From: Epiperipatus broadwayi
Taxonomy: Eukaryota > Animalia > Onychophora
Direction of reading: 5' to 3'
Assembly (NCBI GenBank): GCA_028023455.1
Contig: JAQFVV010000006.1
Location: 7,688,001 to 7,752,000, forward strand
DNA length: 64,000 nucleotides
Below the pieces are notes generated by a model. That model ran no database searches. It was given only the letters and a program-made list of their open reading frames with translations, and had not been told where the DNA came from. Positions 25,625 through 37,146 of the stretch are shown piece after piece. The stretch's first letter is position 1; the number at the start of each line of letters is the position of its first letter. Made by a program: the position numbers and the translations under genes.

Positions 25625-26545
25625 CTTATAAAAGAAGATCTGAAGAAGATTGCTGATCAGTTGAAACTTATAAAAGATCTGAAGAAGACTGCTGATCAAT
25701 TAAAATTTATAAAAGATCTGAAGAAAACTACTGATTAGTTAAAAATTATAAAGATCTGAAGAATGCTGATCAGTTGAAATTTATAAAAGAAGATCTGAAG
25801 AAGACTGCTGATCAGTTGAAATTTATAAAAAAAAATCTGAAGAAGACTGCTGATCAGTTGAAATTTATATAAGATCTGAAGAATGCTGATCAGTTGAAAT
25901 TTATAAAAGAAGATCTAAAGATGACTGCTGATCAGTTGAAATTTATAAAAGAAGCTCTGAAGAAGACTGCTGATCAGTTGAAATTTAAAAAGGTCTGAAG
26001 AAGACTGCTGATTAGTTAAAATTTATAAAAGATCTGAAGAAGACTGCTAATCAGTTGAAATTTATAAAAGAAGATCTGGAGAAGACTGCTGATCAGTTGA
26101 AATTTATAAAAGAAGATCTGAAGAAAACTGCTGATCAGTTGAAATTTATAAAAGAACTGAAAAAAATTGCTGATCAGTTGAAATTTATAAAAGAAGATCT
26201 GAAGAAAACTGCTGATTAGTTAAAATTTATAAAAGATCTGAAGAAGACTGCTGATCAGTTGAAATTTATAAAAGATCTAAAGAATGCTGATCAGTTGAAA
26301 TTTATAAAAGAAGATCTGAAGAAGACTGCTGATCAGTTAAATTTATAAAAGATCTGAAGAAGACTGCCGATCAGTTGAAATTTATAAAAAGATCTGAAGA
26401 AAACTGCTGATTAGTTAAAATTTATAAAAGATCTGAAGAAGACTGCTGATCAGTTGAAATTTATAAAAGATCTGAAGAAGACTGCTGATCAACTGGAAAT
26501 TTATAAAAGAAAATCTTAAGAAGACTGCTGATCAGTCGAAACTGT
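25625..26545 (+). repeat. Tandem array of ~23 units (38-43 bp) of a family A hammerhead-core sequence
   Basis: Consensus CTGAAGA-A-GACTG-CTGAT-CAGTT-GAAA-TTTATAAAAGA(AGA)T. The last unit ends CAGTC-GAAAC-TGTA-AGATTGG and runs into the family A 3' tail (AAATAAAAG...AAAAGTG). Confidence 0.92.
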
Positions 26546-26949
26546 AAGATTGGTTAAATAAAAGATAGCATTGCAAAAGTGATTAAAGAGAAGATGATTT
26601 ATTTATTTATTTTAGATATGTATAGGACAGTCTGATTATCATTTCTGGGAAGATGTTTGAATGTTTCAAGGTTCTAGCTTACCTGATGGACCAAAAGTTT
26701 CTGGTAAAAATCATATACAGTGAGAAAGATTGGTTTGAAAAATTTTGCGCTGAGAAATAATTTAAGATTTACAATCAGTATGAAAAAAAGTGTGTAGGAA
26801 ATATATAAGTTTTGATTAATTACAAATATTTATGAGACACATTAGTCTATGCATCATAAATATAGTATATATTTATATACACAATCATAGAATTAAATAT
26901 GGATGAAGTGTTTTTGATACTTAATTACAAAATAAATGCCTATGTACTT

Positions 26950-28352
26950 GAAAATAAAGGGTTTTTAAAAAATATAATAAATGGTCTTAACAAAGCTTAC
27001 AGATTTAGTATTAATTAAAAGGTTAAACGCAGAAACTGACAAGAGAGTAAAATATGAACAGATACATATTAGGATTAACAAGAAAGGAACAAAGAAAATT
27101 ACATGGGTGAAAACAAACAAGTATCATTGCCATTACAAAAAGAATTGTGAGACTATCTGCACATCAGTGGAAAGTAAGGAAAAGGACGGGCAAAGTAAGA
27201 AAAAAGATGGGCAACTGAAGTTTTAAACTGAATATCAATTTAAACTGAATGTCAAGAGATTACAAGAAACCTAAAAAGAGACTACAAATAAAATGGATGA
27301 TGGAATAAAAAGATTATTGGAATAATACAGAGAAAAAAAGATATGGAATAAAAGAAATTGAATTAAACTCAGAAAGATTATCATGCTGCACTGAAATGAT
27401 AATAATTGAAAGTAATGTACCTCTTGTAAATAATACATGTTTTCATATTATGTCACCTGTGTTTTTTAATATTTATTTAAAAAGACGTATTTGATAACTA
27501 TTTAAGCTATGAGGAGCTCATATTGGAAGTATAATAATAAAGTGTATAAGATTTGCAGATGACACACATCTTGTAGTTGAAGAAAAAAATAATCTCCAAA
27601 CATGTTCATAAGTTGGAGGAAAGATGTATGGAATATGTAATGAAGATTACTGTTGAGAAAACTAATTATTTATGGACAGGAGGAAATACAAAAAGAATTC
27701 ATATATTTTCATGACAACATAGTTCAACGGGTGAATAAATTTAGACATTTGAATAATTAGATGAGCAAGAATGAAAAAAAAAAGAAGTTAAAAGAAGAAT
27801 AGCATTGGGGGAAAAAGACACTTATTAAGAAAAAAAATATTTTGTGGAATATTGAAGAGAGAACTAAAGAAAAAATTAATCTTTCTGTGTGGAATGTATT
27901 ATTGTATGATTGTGAAATGTGGACAATGAGTAAAAAAATTAGGAACACATTGTAGGCCTTTGAGATATGATCATGGTGAAGAATAGAAAAAATTGGTTGT
28001 ATAAATAAAGTAGCAAATGAGGAAGTAAAGAGTAAATGGAAAAAGAAGACTGATTAATGAAATTAGACATAGAAAGAGAAAATGAATTGGACATATTCTA
28101 CAAAGAAATAATAATTTAAAGAAAGATATTTTGGAAAGAATGTGAATGCAAACAATAAAAAGGATGTAGAAATGTTTCGGAGAGAATGGTAAATGGAAAC
28201 AAAAATAAAAGAATGGAAACAATTAACCTTGCTGGATGGTATAAGGGATGGCAAAATATATGTGAAGATCTGAGCAATGAACAGAACAGAATGGAAAAAT
28301 CAGTTATGTAATTCTTCTCTGAACCTTCCTCAGGACAGAACACTATTGATTG
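26950..28352 (+). mobile_element. Decayed RTE-clade LINE (RT and 3' end)
   Basis: ATAAGATTTGCAGATGACACA (IRFADDT) near 27547, YDCEMWT near 27905, AFEI near 27955, AATTGGACATATT (W.GHI) near 28085, and 3' end AACCTTCCTCAGGACAGAACACTATTGATTGAT. Confidence 0.75.
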
Positions 28353-29624
28353 ATATATATATTATACAATCATATTACTGAGAAAATAACCTTCAAAACA
28401 ATTTTTATAAAATTCTTTAGAAAGTTAAACTTTCTAGAAGCCATATTAATAAACTTGCAATTATCAACCTTGCATGCTAATCTATTAATGAAACAAAAAA
28501 ATATCTGATTAATAGATTAACATGAGTTTATTCAAATGACTTTTAGATATTCTGGATTTTTATAATAGGTGCATATGAATATTATTTCATTAGATATGAT
28601 TATCTATCTCACAGTTCTTCATATTTAAGGGCTGGTCTTTAACTACCATACTTATTAAAATTAATAGCTATAACAAAACAAATATTATATGCAGACACAT
28701 TCGTATGATAGTCAAATGTAAGTCGGAGGTTTGCCTCTGTGGACCAAAGAGGTATGATAAACATTAACTAAAGTTTCATTAAAAAAAAATACGTTTACAA
28801 GATATACAGATCACAAGTCTGCACAGACTATACTTGACATGTTAATAAATTTTAAATTAGGAGAAAGTTCCATAAACAGTAGCAGCAATTTGTAATCGCG
28901 TATGACCATTTTGCTTTCGGAAACAAAAAAGAGAAAGACAGTCAAATATACAACTAAAGTCCATGCATACTCTCCTATAGAACTGTGTTTGCTATAATAA
29001 AAAAAGGTGCAGAAAAATATTTATGACCTAACGCATTTTTTAAAAATTCCATTTTCTCCTCTTATTTTTTTAATCATTTCAAATATCAATATACCACCAC
29101 GCATCTCCGAATTTCAAATTTGCACAGAATAATCTTTTTTTTTACGGTAGCAATAATTATATTAAAAAATTAAATTTAAAGAAAAAAAACATTTAATGTG
29201 AAATTGGCATATTTATTAAAAGTATTTCAGATTTTTCTTTTTTTTAAAAATTAATTTGATTTTTAAAAAAAATCTTGAATAAAAAAGAAGGAAGATCAAT
29301 TATCAATAAGAATGGAATTAATTTTTGAGCTTAATTAATTTTGAATGCTAACTGAAAGCTTACAGTCAGAAATTTCTCTTTAATATCTACCCTAATTACA
29401 GTCATAATCAAATCAACTATTAAATTTAAAAAAATTATAACGGGTAATACAAAGTTTTTATCACAAACCTCATTAATATATATATATTCAATGCATGCGT
29501 AAATCAATGGGTATTTTTTTGTATGGAATAGCATGTTTAAAAGCATCTGATGAGAGTAAAATCAGACATGTCAAGATTGGTTAACATTTCATAAAAATAG
29601 TAATGTGTAAAAATGTAGGAAATC

Positions 29625-31100
29625 TTCTAGATCAGGGAGTGGCCAAATAAAATACAGGGTTCAACTATGGAGTGCAAAAGCTTTTGAAATGATCACTTAA
29701 ACGAAAAGAAAATGATCGGTAATTGAAGCTAAGATTGGGATAGCTATACATAAAAGAATCACATTTTCCACACAGGAAGCTTGTCATAATTAAGAAGGCA
29801 GTTTGCTGACAGGCAAATTATTAAAGAATATGTCCCATGACATATACAACTTCATTAGAAATGCACAGTGATGCATAAATTGATTACAAATTTATCAATT
29901 TGAATAAGTTCACAGTGCAACACAGAGATGCATTGTGCAGTATTGAAAACGTTCAGTCCGTCACATAAGTGATAATTAAAGAGAATATCAAACTCTCCAT
30001 ACAGTAGTGCCACCAAATATACACTTTTATAATCAATGGACGCAGGAAGGTTTGTGCATAAAATCTCTATTTATTGTCTACTCATCCATCATCCCCAAAC
30101 TAGTGTCTAGCTTGTGGCTTTCATCAGTGAGGAGCCTTGGATTTGAGAGCACTGCACCTAGGTCCTACGATAAAGTGTAACCCTCCAGCAGGCAAAAAGT
30201 GGCTGTTGGAGGGTTGCATTGGATCTTAAGACCTAGGTGCAGTGCTCTCAAATCCAAGACTCCTCACTGATGAAAGTCACATGCTAGACATTAGTCTAGG
30301 GATGTTGGATGAGTAGACAGTAGATAGGGATTTTATGCACAAACCTTCCTGCATCCATTGATTATAAAAGCTTGCATTTGGTGGCACTACTGTATGGAGA
30401 GTTTGGTATTCTTATTAACAGTATGTGTAAGCATATGAAATGGTAATCGTGTGATGTTTTGATGGTTTTCAAAAGTGATAATTGCACATTTTGTTGAGAC
30501 AGGTTCACAGTTTTAAGTATTTTATCATATTTTAGAGAAGGAATATAATGTCTGAAATAAGTGCAAAGAAAACATAGGTATACAATTTTACTACAGAATG
30601 GAAAGAACCATTTCTGTTCATAATGGGAATACAAAATGTATGTATTATATATCTAATGGAAGTTTATCACTTCAAAAAAAAAAGAAACATCAAGACATTT
30701 GCATGTAAGCTTTGATGTTTTCTGTTAAAAAGTGAATTATGTAAACAAAAGTTAAATTCTTTTAAGTCGCAACCGATCAGCTAACAATCACATTTTATTA
30801 ATGACATTATGAATTCTAAAGCTGCAGTAGTTGTATCATCTCTGTGTAAGTTAACATAAGAAATCGTTTGCAGATAAAGAAATGATAAAAGAATCATTTC
30901 TAGAAGACAGCAATTGATTATTTGATTCATTCAAGAACAAAAATGAAACTATTTCTGTAATTAAAGACAATTTTCTTACAGAATTGTCATGCCTATTTAT
31001 CCATCACAGAAGACTAATTAGAACCTTGCAAGAGTAGTGAATGGCAATTATCTATCCAGATATTCAAGATACTTAGTACATAGCATGCAGTGCAAATCTT
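29625..31100 (+). mobile_element. hAT (Buster/SPIN-type) transposon 5' relic interrupted by a family B hairpin
   Basis: TIR-like CAGGGAGTGGCCAAA near 29635. From 30548: YNFTTEWKE...KCMYYISNGSLSLQKKRNI and DKEMIKESFLEDSN*LFDSFKNKNETISVIKD, resembling YHFH.EWE..C.IC...KK.N and DGEFIKEAFL...LF.DFKNK.EI..AIKD. Confidence 0.7.
29978..30472. mobile_element. Family B fold-back with 11-bp TSD
   Basis: Arms 29983-30191 and 30203-30412, loop ~11 bp, tail 30413-30472, TSD AAGTGATAATT at 29967-29977 and 30473-30483. Both HHR copies have GAAA mutated to GACA. Confidence 0.85.
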
Positions 31101-32934
31101 CAATAACTTTATAAATTTTCATGTTTTTACTTGAAATTTATACTCTGTACTGAATTTTGTGGCATGCTGATTTTTTTTGATAATAAATTAATATCATTTG
31201 TAATAGTTTATATTATTTCTAATTATTACTATTACATTGTAATATGTGGGTGGTGCATGAAGTTAATGTTGCTTTTAGTAATTGCACATTTGTTTGCATG
31301 TTAGGTTCAAAGAGCTTTGGGACATAGGAAAAATGCAACCATGCCCATTATTTCACATCCTATGCAAGCTTTGCGATGTCGTGACATAGATTTTGATGTT
31401 TTAGTCATTATGATGGAGCAACAATCACAATCTTCTCTATGTTGTTTTAAACCTATCTATAATATTATACTACTGTTTGCACAATCTCTTTTCCCTGCAA
31501 TTACAATTTTAATATATTAGGTGGAAAAAAGTCTGAAGATGTCAGCATTATATAAAACTTTTTGCTTGATTAAACTACCTATGTCAATGTTATGAGAAAA
31601 ATGGACTAGAAGTCAATAGAAATAAGAATTTCTGATTGGCCAAATGTTTTATCTGGAGACCAAATAACTGAATACTATAGATTTGTAAAGAAAAAATGTA
31701 ATTTTGAGCAATTTGTTTACAAATTAAAGGTTATGATGCAACAGTTTTGTAAAAGACTTATTTTTAAACCAAAACTTACATTATTAATAGGACATATTCT
31801 TTAAAAACAGTTTATTTTTTAAAAAACAATTCTTAAAAAGTTTATTACAATAAGCAAAAGCAATTCAAAATGAATAAATAAAATATTTTTAAAATTTTAA
31901 TAACAATAAATAATTTATTAATTTTTAGAATTGTTTCTCATTCTTTGATTATAGCTAACACTGAATACATCCTTCTTTTAAGAGAATAAAATTCAAATAT
32001 CTAATCTTCGATTCTTTTAACTTTTTGAATAGGTAAATTACATTTAATGATGCTATGATCCATTGTTATAAGTAAAACTTCATCTAGATATTTATTTTCA
32101 TATTTAAACATATATATATATATATATTTAAAACCACTATGCCTTAAAGCTTACATTTGTAATAATTAAAGTTAAGATAATAAATATATTATATAGAAAA
32201 GTTTAATTATAAAAATAAAATGTTAAAATATGGAGAAATAATGAATGGAAGACTCTCTAGGTCATATTCTAAACAAGTAGGATACATTTTCTGCTCAATA
32301 GGTTAAATGCGGTCCAAATTTTGTAAATTTTTTCTAGTTCCAGTGACATTTAAAATGATTCTTTCAAGTAAGCAATTCATAAAGCTAGTTCAGATAATTT
32401 CCAATATTTAGCAGTAAGTGGGTATTTGGCTAAGATAAATAATAATAGATAATTGCTGAAAGCATCATCATAAAACAGCTACCATTTCAGATGAGTAGTG
32501 CATTTTCCTTGTTATTTTAATACCCATGACTATTTGAAAGCACTGTTTAAAGGATGTTTTATCTCCATCTATTTGGGTGTTGTTTTGTTCACATTCTGCC
32601 TGATCACTTTTTCAATAATTAGTTCAAAAATGTATTTTTATTCTAATTGTTATTATTTAAATGAATTTATTGATATATTTTTTCTTAAAATTTGAAATAA
32701 AATTTAAACAATGACATAATAAAAAGAGGGGGGGGTCACTATTTCTTCATTAATAAAACACTTGCATTCTATAACATTATCTGGCAATTATTTAATAGTA
32801 CCTTCCTGGCAATTTTATATTTTATCTTTTTTTATATATTTAAATTATAGAAAAAAATCTGTGATAAATACTATTTTAATGTTTTATTACATATAACACA
32901 AGACAATACATACGATTACACACACGTGAAAAGG

Positions 32935-33712
32935 ATAAATGATTTCCAATATAGTATTTCATGTTGAACCAACATTCATCAGTTGATCCAGATTATCATC
33001 TCCCCCCCCCCACACACATATATATATAATCAGTGCTCGGTTTGTATTAAGATAGAAAATGACCAAACTTTAATGGAAAGACTTCAATCTACTCCATCCT
33101 CCAACACTTCAGCCATTCATATCATTGAAAATCTGATGATGTAACACCCAAATCCTTTGTTAATGCCAATATTATTGTCATGCCCATGTTGATCTTAAAT
33201 CCGACTATTCGTGTATGGAACAATGTCCATTTAAATATACAGAAGAGGAAAAGAGAAGATAGAGGCTGAATATGTAATATTTGAATACAAGTATAAATTT
33301 ATACACTTGAAGTTTAGAAGTAATTATAGGGGATTTGACATAGACTTTCAATCTCCCTTCAGCTATTCACTCTATTTCATACAACTGATACCCATGTCTA
33401 CATATATGTGAAAAGGATGAATGATCTCCATTATACATATTTCGTGCTGAACGATCATCATATCCTACCCATGTATAGATAATCAGTGCTTGGTTTATTA
33501 TAAGCCAGCACATCTTCAAACTTTAATGGAAAGTCCTCAATCTACTTCATCCAACTCCTCAGCCATCGATGATCTTTTTCACGTGTGTAATCATAAACAT
33601 CGGTTGAATGAAATAGAGTGGATAGCTGAAGGGAGCTTGAAAGTCCGTGTTCGAATCCCCTATTATTACGTTTAAACTACATGCATATAAATTATGCTTG
33701 TATTCAAATATT
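32935..33712. mobile_element. Family C tandem plus fold-back complex
   Basis: Minus copies near 32935-33200 and 33276-33560; inverted arm ~33569-33712 pairs with ~33276-33418. Confidence 0.7.
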
Positions 33713-34019
33713 TATAAATGAAACTTTGAAAAAAATGATAATTAAAAAAACGCTCTACAACTTCTACAACATATCGGATAAAAATATAAACGACAAAGTT
33801 CGAATTTCAACTACATAATATAGTGGCATCATAGTAATCTACTTTTGTAGTTACTAGTGTGGTTCTCATCTACCGGTGATTTTAAGTAAAACAAAAGAAA
33901 TAGTAATTAAAAGTAAATTTAAATAAAAAATGATAAAGCATTCTCTCACATTTACTAATAATAAAGTAAACAAAAACATCACATAAAAAAATATTCGAGT
34001 GGCTTTATTACTTCTACAG

Positions 34020-34140
34020 AGTTCATGAGAAGTTCACTCGCCTGACCTGTTAGCATGGGAACTGATCCGGCCAATACCGGAATTGAACCTACGACCTCAC
34101 TGCCAAGAGTATGGCATAGTATGACTGCGCTAAACCTCAC
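34020..34140 (-). mobile_element. tRNA-headed SINE family S2 copy
   Basis: A-box-like TAGCGCAGTC and B-box-like GGTTCAATTCC, followed by core GAACTTCTCATGAAC. Confidence 0.6.
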
Positions 34141-34745
34141 AGAGATATAAAAAAATATGATAATCTAAACCAGATCTTTATACAAACTATACATTCCAGA
34201 AATAGTAAAAAAAAAAGTACTTAAAATTCCATAAATCTTTTTTTTTCTCTTGACTATCCAGTTGCCAGAGATAGGGAACAAACTAGTCTGTTTAAAGATC
34301 CATAAATCTTTTTTTATTGCACAATGGGTTTAACTGCAACTCTATAATTCCTTCCAAACCGCCTAGAAGATTGTGTAAATTAATAGAGAGTAAATCACTT
34401 TTTTTAAATAGTATATACTATGCTTTAAGTAAGTTATAACTTTTTCTGTACACACACAACATAAACACAACACGTTTTTAACATGTGTGTATATATATGC
34501 CTATGATAAAATTTAACTTAAAAATTTAAAAACATTAACAGATTAAGATTATAAACAAAAACAATTAAACTAAATAAAAATAATGCAAAGAGCACATGCA
34601 TGTTACTAATGTGTGAATGAGTATATTTTGTTGGACACAATCCTGGAAGGGGAGGTGATCAAAATTTATGTATTTTTTTTATATAGTTATAAAAATTGAT
34701 TAGTTTTCCAATTTTCATACATAGTTTAACTCATTCTCTATCAAT

Positions 34746-35170
34746 ATAAATAAAATTTATCCACTCTACTTTGAACACTTTTTAGCCAAAAAATCTTTTA
34801 TTGTGCATATACACTCTTACGTTTAGACTGCCCTGCAATCTTCTTCAGAGCTATGATATAAGGAACAAAATAAAATGTAAACAATATAGAAAAACACATA
34901 AAATATAATATAATAAAACTCTGTTTTGTTATATTTTATGTTGTTTTGTGTTTATATTTGTTGTGATATTTTTTATATAATTAACTATTTTATTTTGTTC
35001 ATTGTATCATAGCTCTGAAGAAGACTGCAGGACAGTCAAAACTTAAGTTTGGTATGCATATACATACAATAAAAGGTTTTTTGCTAAAATGTGTTCAAAG
35101 TAGAGTGGATAAATTGCATTTATATAAAATATTACAGCAAAACAAAGTAAGTGATGAATTTGGTAATATT
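34746..35170. mobile_element. Family A fold-back with 15-bp TSD (1 mismatch)
   Basis: Arms ~34746-34875 and ~34990-35125, tail to 35170, TSD TCATTC(T/A)CTATCAAT at 34731-34745 and 35171-35185. HHR cores carry G12 mutations (TAAA, AAAA). Confidence 0.8.
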
Positions 35171-35934
35171 TCATTCACTATCAATTTCTCTGTCCCTTTT
35201 TTGAAAGATCCCAATGAGAATTTGTCATATTTGCAACATTTTATAATTAACCATTATCCTATATCATATAATTGATATTCTTCTTTACATTATTTATTGC
35301 AAACATAAGATTACAAATGAAAGACATACTAAAAGTATTTGAACTTTGCAAAATAGCAAAATAAAGAACTGAAGTGAATATGTAATGTTAACAATAGTCC
35401 TTTTCTTATTGGCGGCTTTTAATCTTGTCTGCTCATAAAAAAATATTGAATAAAATACTGCTTAATTGAATTCAATTTTTAAAAAACAGAAACAAATTTT
35501 AGTTGAGACATTGTAAAAGAATGAAAATATGTTTTAAAAATTACGCTTTTAATAATATTTCACAAAAAATTTCTTTACTGATGATTATGGAAGCATTTGT
35601 CAGTTAGTCAAAAAAAACAATTTCAGCTTTTATCATAAAAATGTTTTTGTTACTTTTCTTAAAAACAAACATTTGCCAATAAAAACTAACTGTGATCAAA
35701 TATTTATTTGTTTTAAAATGAAATTTTAAAATATTTTACAAATATACTGCGTAAATAAGCTTAAATATGTAAATAAATGTCTGAAAATTACAATTTTTCT
35801 TTTTGAAATACTAAAAAAAAACACTTTCAGAATTGCCTCAAGGCCAAATAATCTACCAATCAGTCAGACATTCAAATATTGTATGAGATCTGCATGGTAT
35901 TGATGTCATCAGACTTTTTTAATTAATAATTTTA

Positions 35935-36060
35935 ATTGACGATTAATTTTTTTAACTGTACACATATATATATATTACACACAATTTGCCCCTCCCCATT
36001 GACGATTAATTTTTTAACTGTACACATATATATATATTACACACAATTTGCCCCTCCCCC
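35935..36060. repeat. Near-exact ~62-bp tandem duplication
   Basis: ATTGACGATTAATTTTTTAACTGTACACATATATATATTACACACAATTTGCCCCTCCCC twice. Confidence 0.9.
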
Positions 36061-36159
36061 AAAAAAATTTCTTTTATAAATGTATAATATCTTTACTTTG
36101 AACCATTTAAAGTATTTTAATAATTTTTATTAGTCATTCATTAGACTAGAGATTATCCA

Positions 36160-36557
36160 ATAATGAATAATATTTCCCATAGTGCAACTTTCATTACACC
36201 ACTTTCAGGCAAAGTAGAGACTAGCTTCTATCCACTTTTAACACTCTGTGGAGGGATGTAATATTACCAAACACATGTGAAAAGGCATCACACATTTGAT
36301 TCTTATCAAATAAACTGTACTAATTTACCATATATATATTGAACAAATGATAAAGATATGTACAAGAGATTGCCATCTAAGTCAACTGATGAGTGCTTAT
36401 TCAGCATGACATGTGCATCTTTGGGGTCATAGATCTTTTTCACATCTTTAATCATATGATTTTAATTACATCCCTCCAACAGGAAGTTGAAAGTGGATAG
36501 AAGCCAGTCCCTGCCTTACATGAGAGAGGTGAAGTGAAAGTTGCACTACTGAAGTAT
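36160..36557. mobile_element. Diverged family C fold-back
   Basis: GTGCAACTTTCA...TTCTATCCACTTT...GAGGGATGTAAT pairs with ATTACATCCCTC...AAAGTGGATAGAA...TGAAAGTTGCAC; HHR relic CAACTGATGAGTGCT near 36382. Confidence 0.65.
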
Positions 36558-37146
36558 TATTTAAAACAGGCAAAACTCTCCATACAGTACTGCCACTCAC
36601 TGCAAGCCAGAGTAATCAATGGATGCCAGAAGGCTTGTGCATAAAATCCCCATCTAGTGTCTACTCATCCAATATCCCCAGACTAGTTTCTGGCTTGTGG
36701 CCTTCATCAGTAAGGAGCCTTGGATCTGAGAGCACTGTACCTAGATCTTAGGATCTAAGGCAACCTTCCAGAAGCCAACTTTTATCTCTACTTAACTACA
36801 AAACTATGAGTCTTAAATTGAAAATGCAATAATATTTTCAATCCAAGCTCCTTAGCTTATCTAATCATATATGTCTGAACTCAGTTCAGTATCTATACAT
36901 TTTGGTGTCTTTGGTTCTTTAATAACCATAGCCACCACTATCCTATTAGACAGGATTGATTATAACCCAATAAACATCACATGATCACCATTTCTTATGC
37001 TCGCTTATAACTGTTATTAAAACAAGCAAAACTCTCCATACAGTATTGCCACTCATTGCAAGCCAGAGTAATCAATGGATGCCTATTCATCCAATATTCC
37101 CAGACTATTTTCTGGATTGTGGCCTGTAGCCTTCATCAGTGAGGAG
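36558..37146 (-). mobile_element. Family B direct tandem (period ~455 bp) with intact HHR at 36675-36716
   Basis: AAAAC(A/G)GGCAAAACTCTCCATACAGTA repeats near 36564 and 37019; TCCTTA-CTGATGA-AGGCCACAAGCCA-GAAACTAGTC-TGGGGA. Confidence 0.8.

Noticed and set aside
25625-26545. Array as a CRISPR locus or as a coding repeat (LKKTADQLKFIKD)
   Set aside because: There are no unique spacers and the context is eukaryotic. Units are often 39 or 42 bp, but several contain in-frame TAG or are 38/40/43 bp; the 3-bp variation is AGA slippage.
27757-28343. Several hydrophobic F/L/I-rich minus-strand ORFs, and similar ones antisense to the RTEs at 11628-11924 and 48138-48602
   Set aside because: Antisense shadows of A-rich decayed LINE sequence.
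31303-31520. Possible exon (ISHPMQALRCR, faintly like a mitochondrial carrier signature)
   Set aside because: Only a short motif; surrounding residues do not fit and no companion exons were found.
33641-33660. Pol III B-box (GTTCGAATCC) in family C
   Set aside because: Not conserved in other copies, no T-arm pairing and no convincing A-box.
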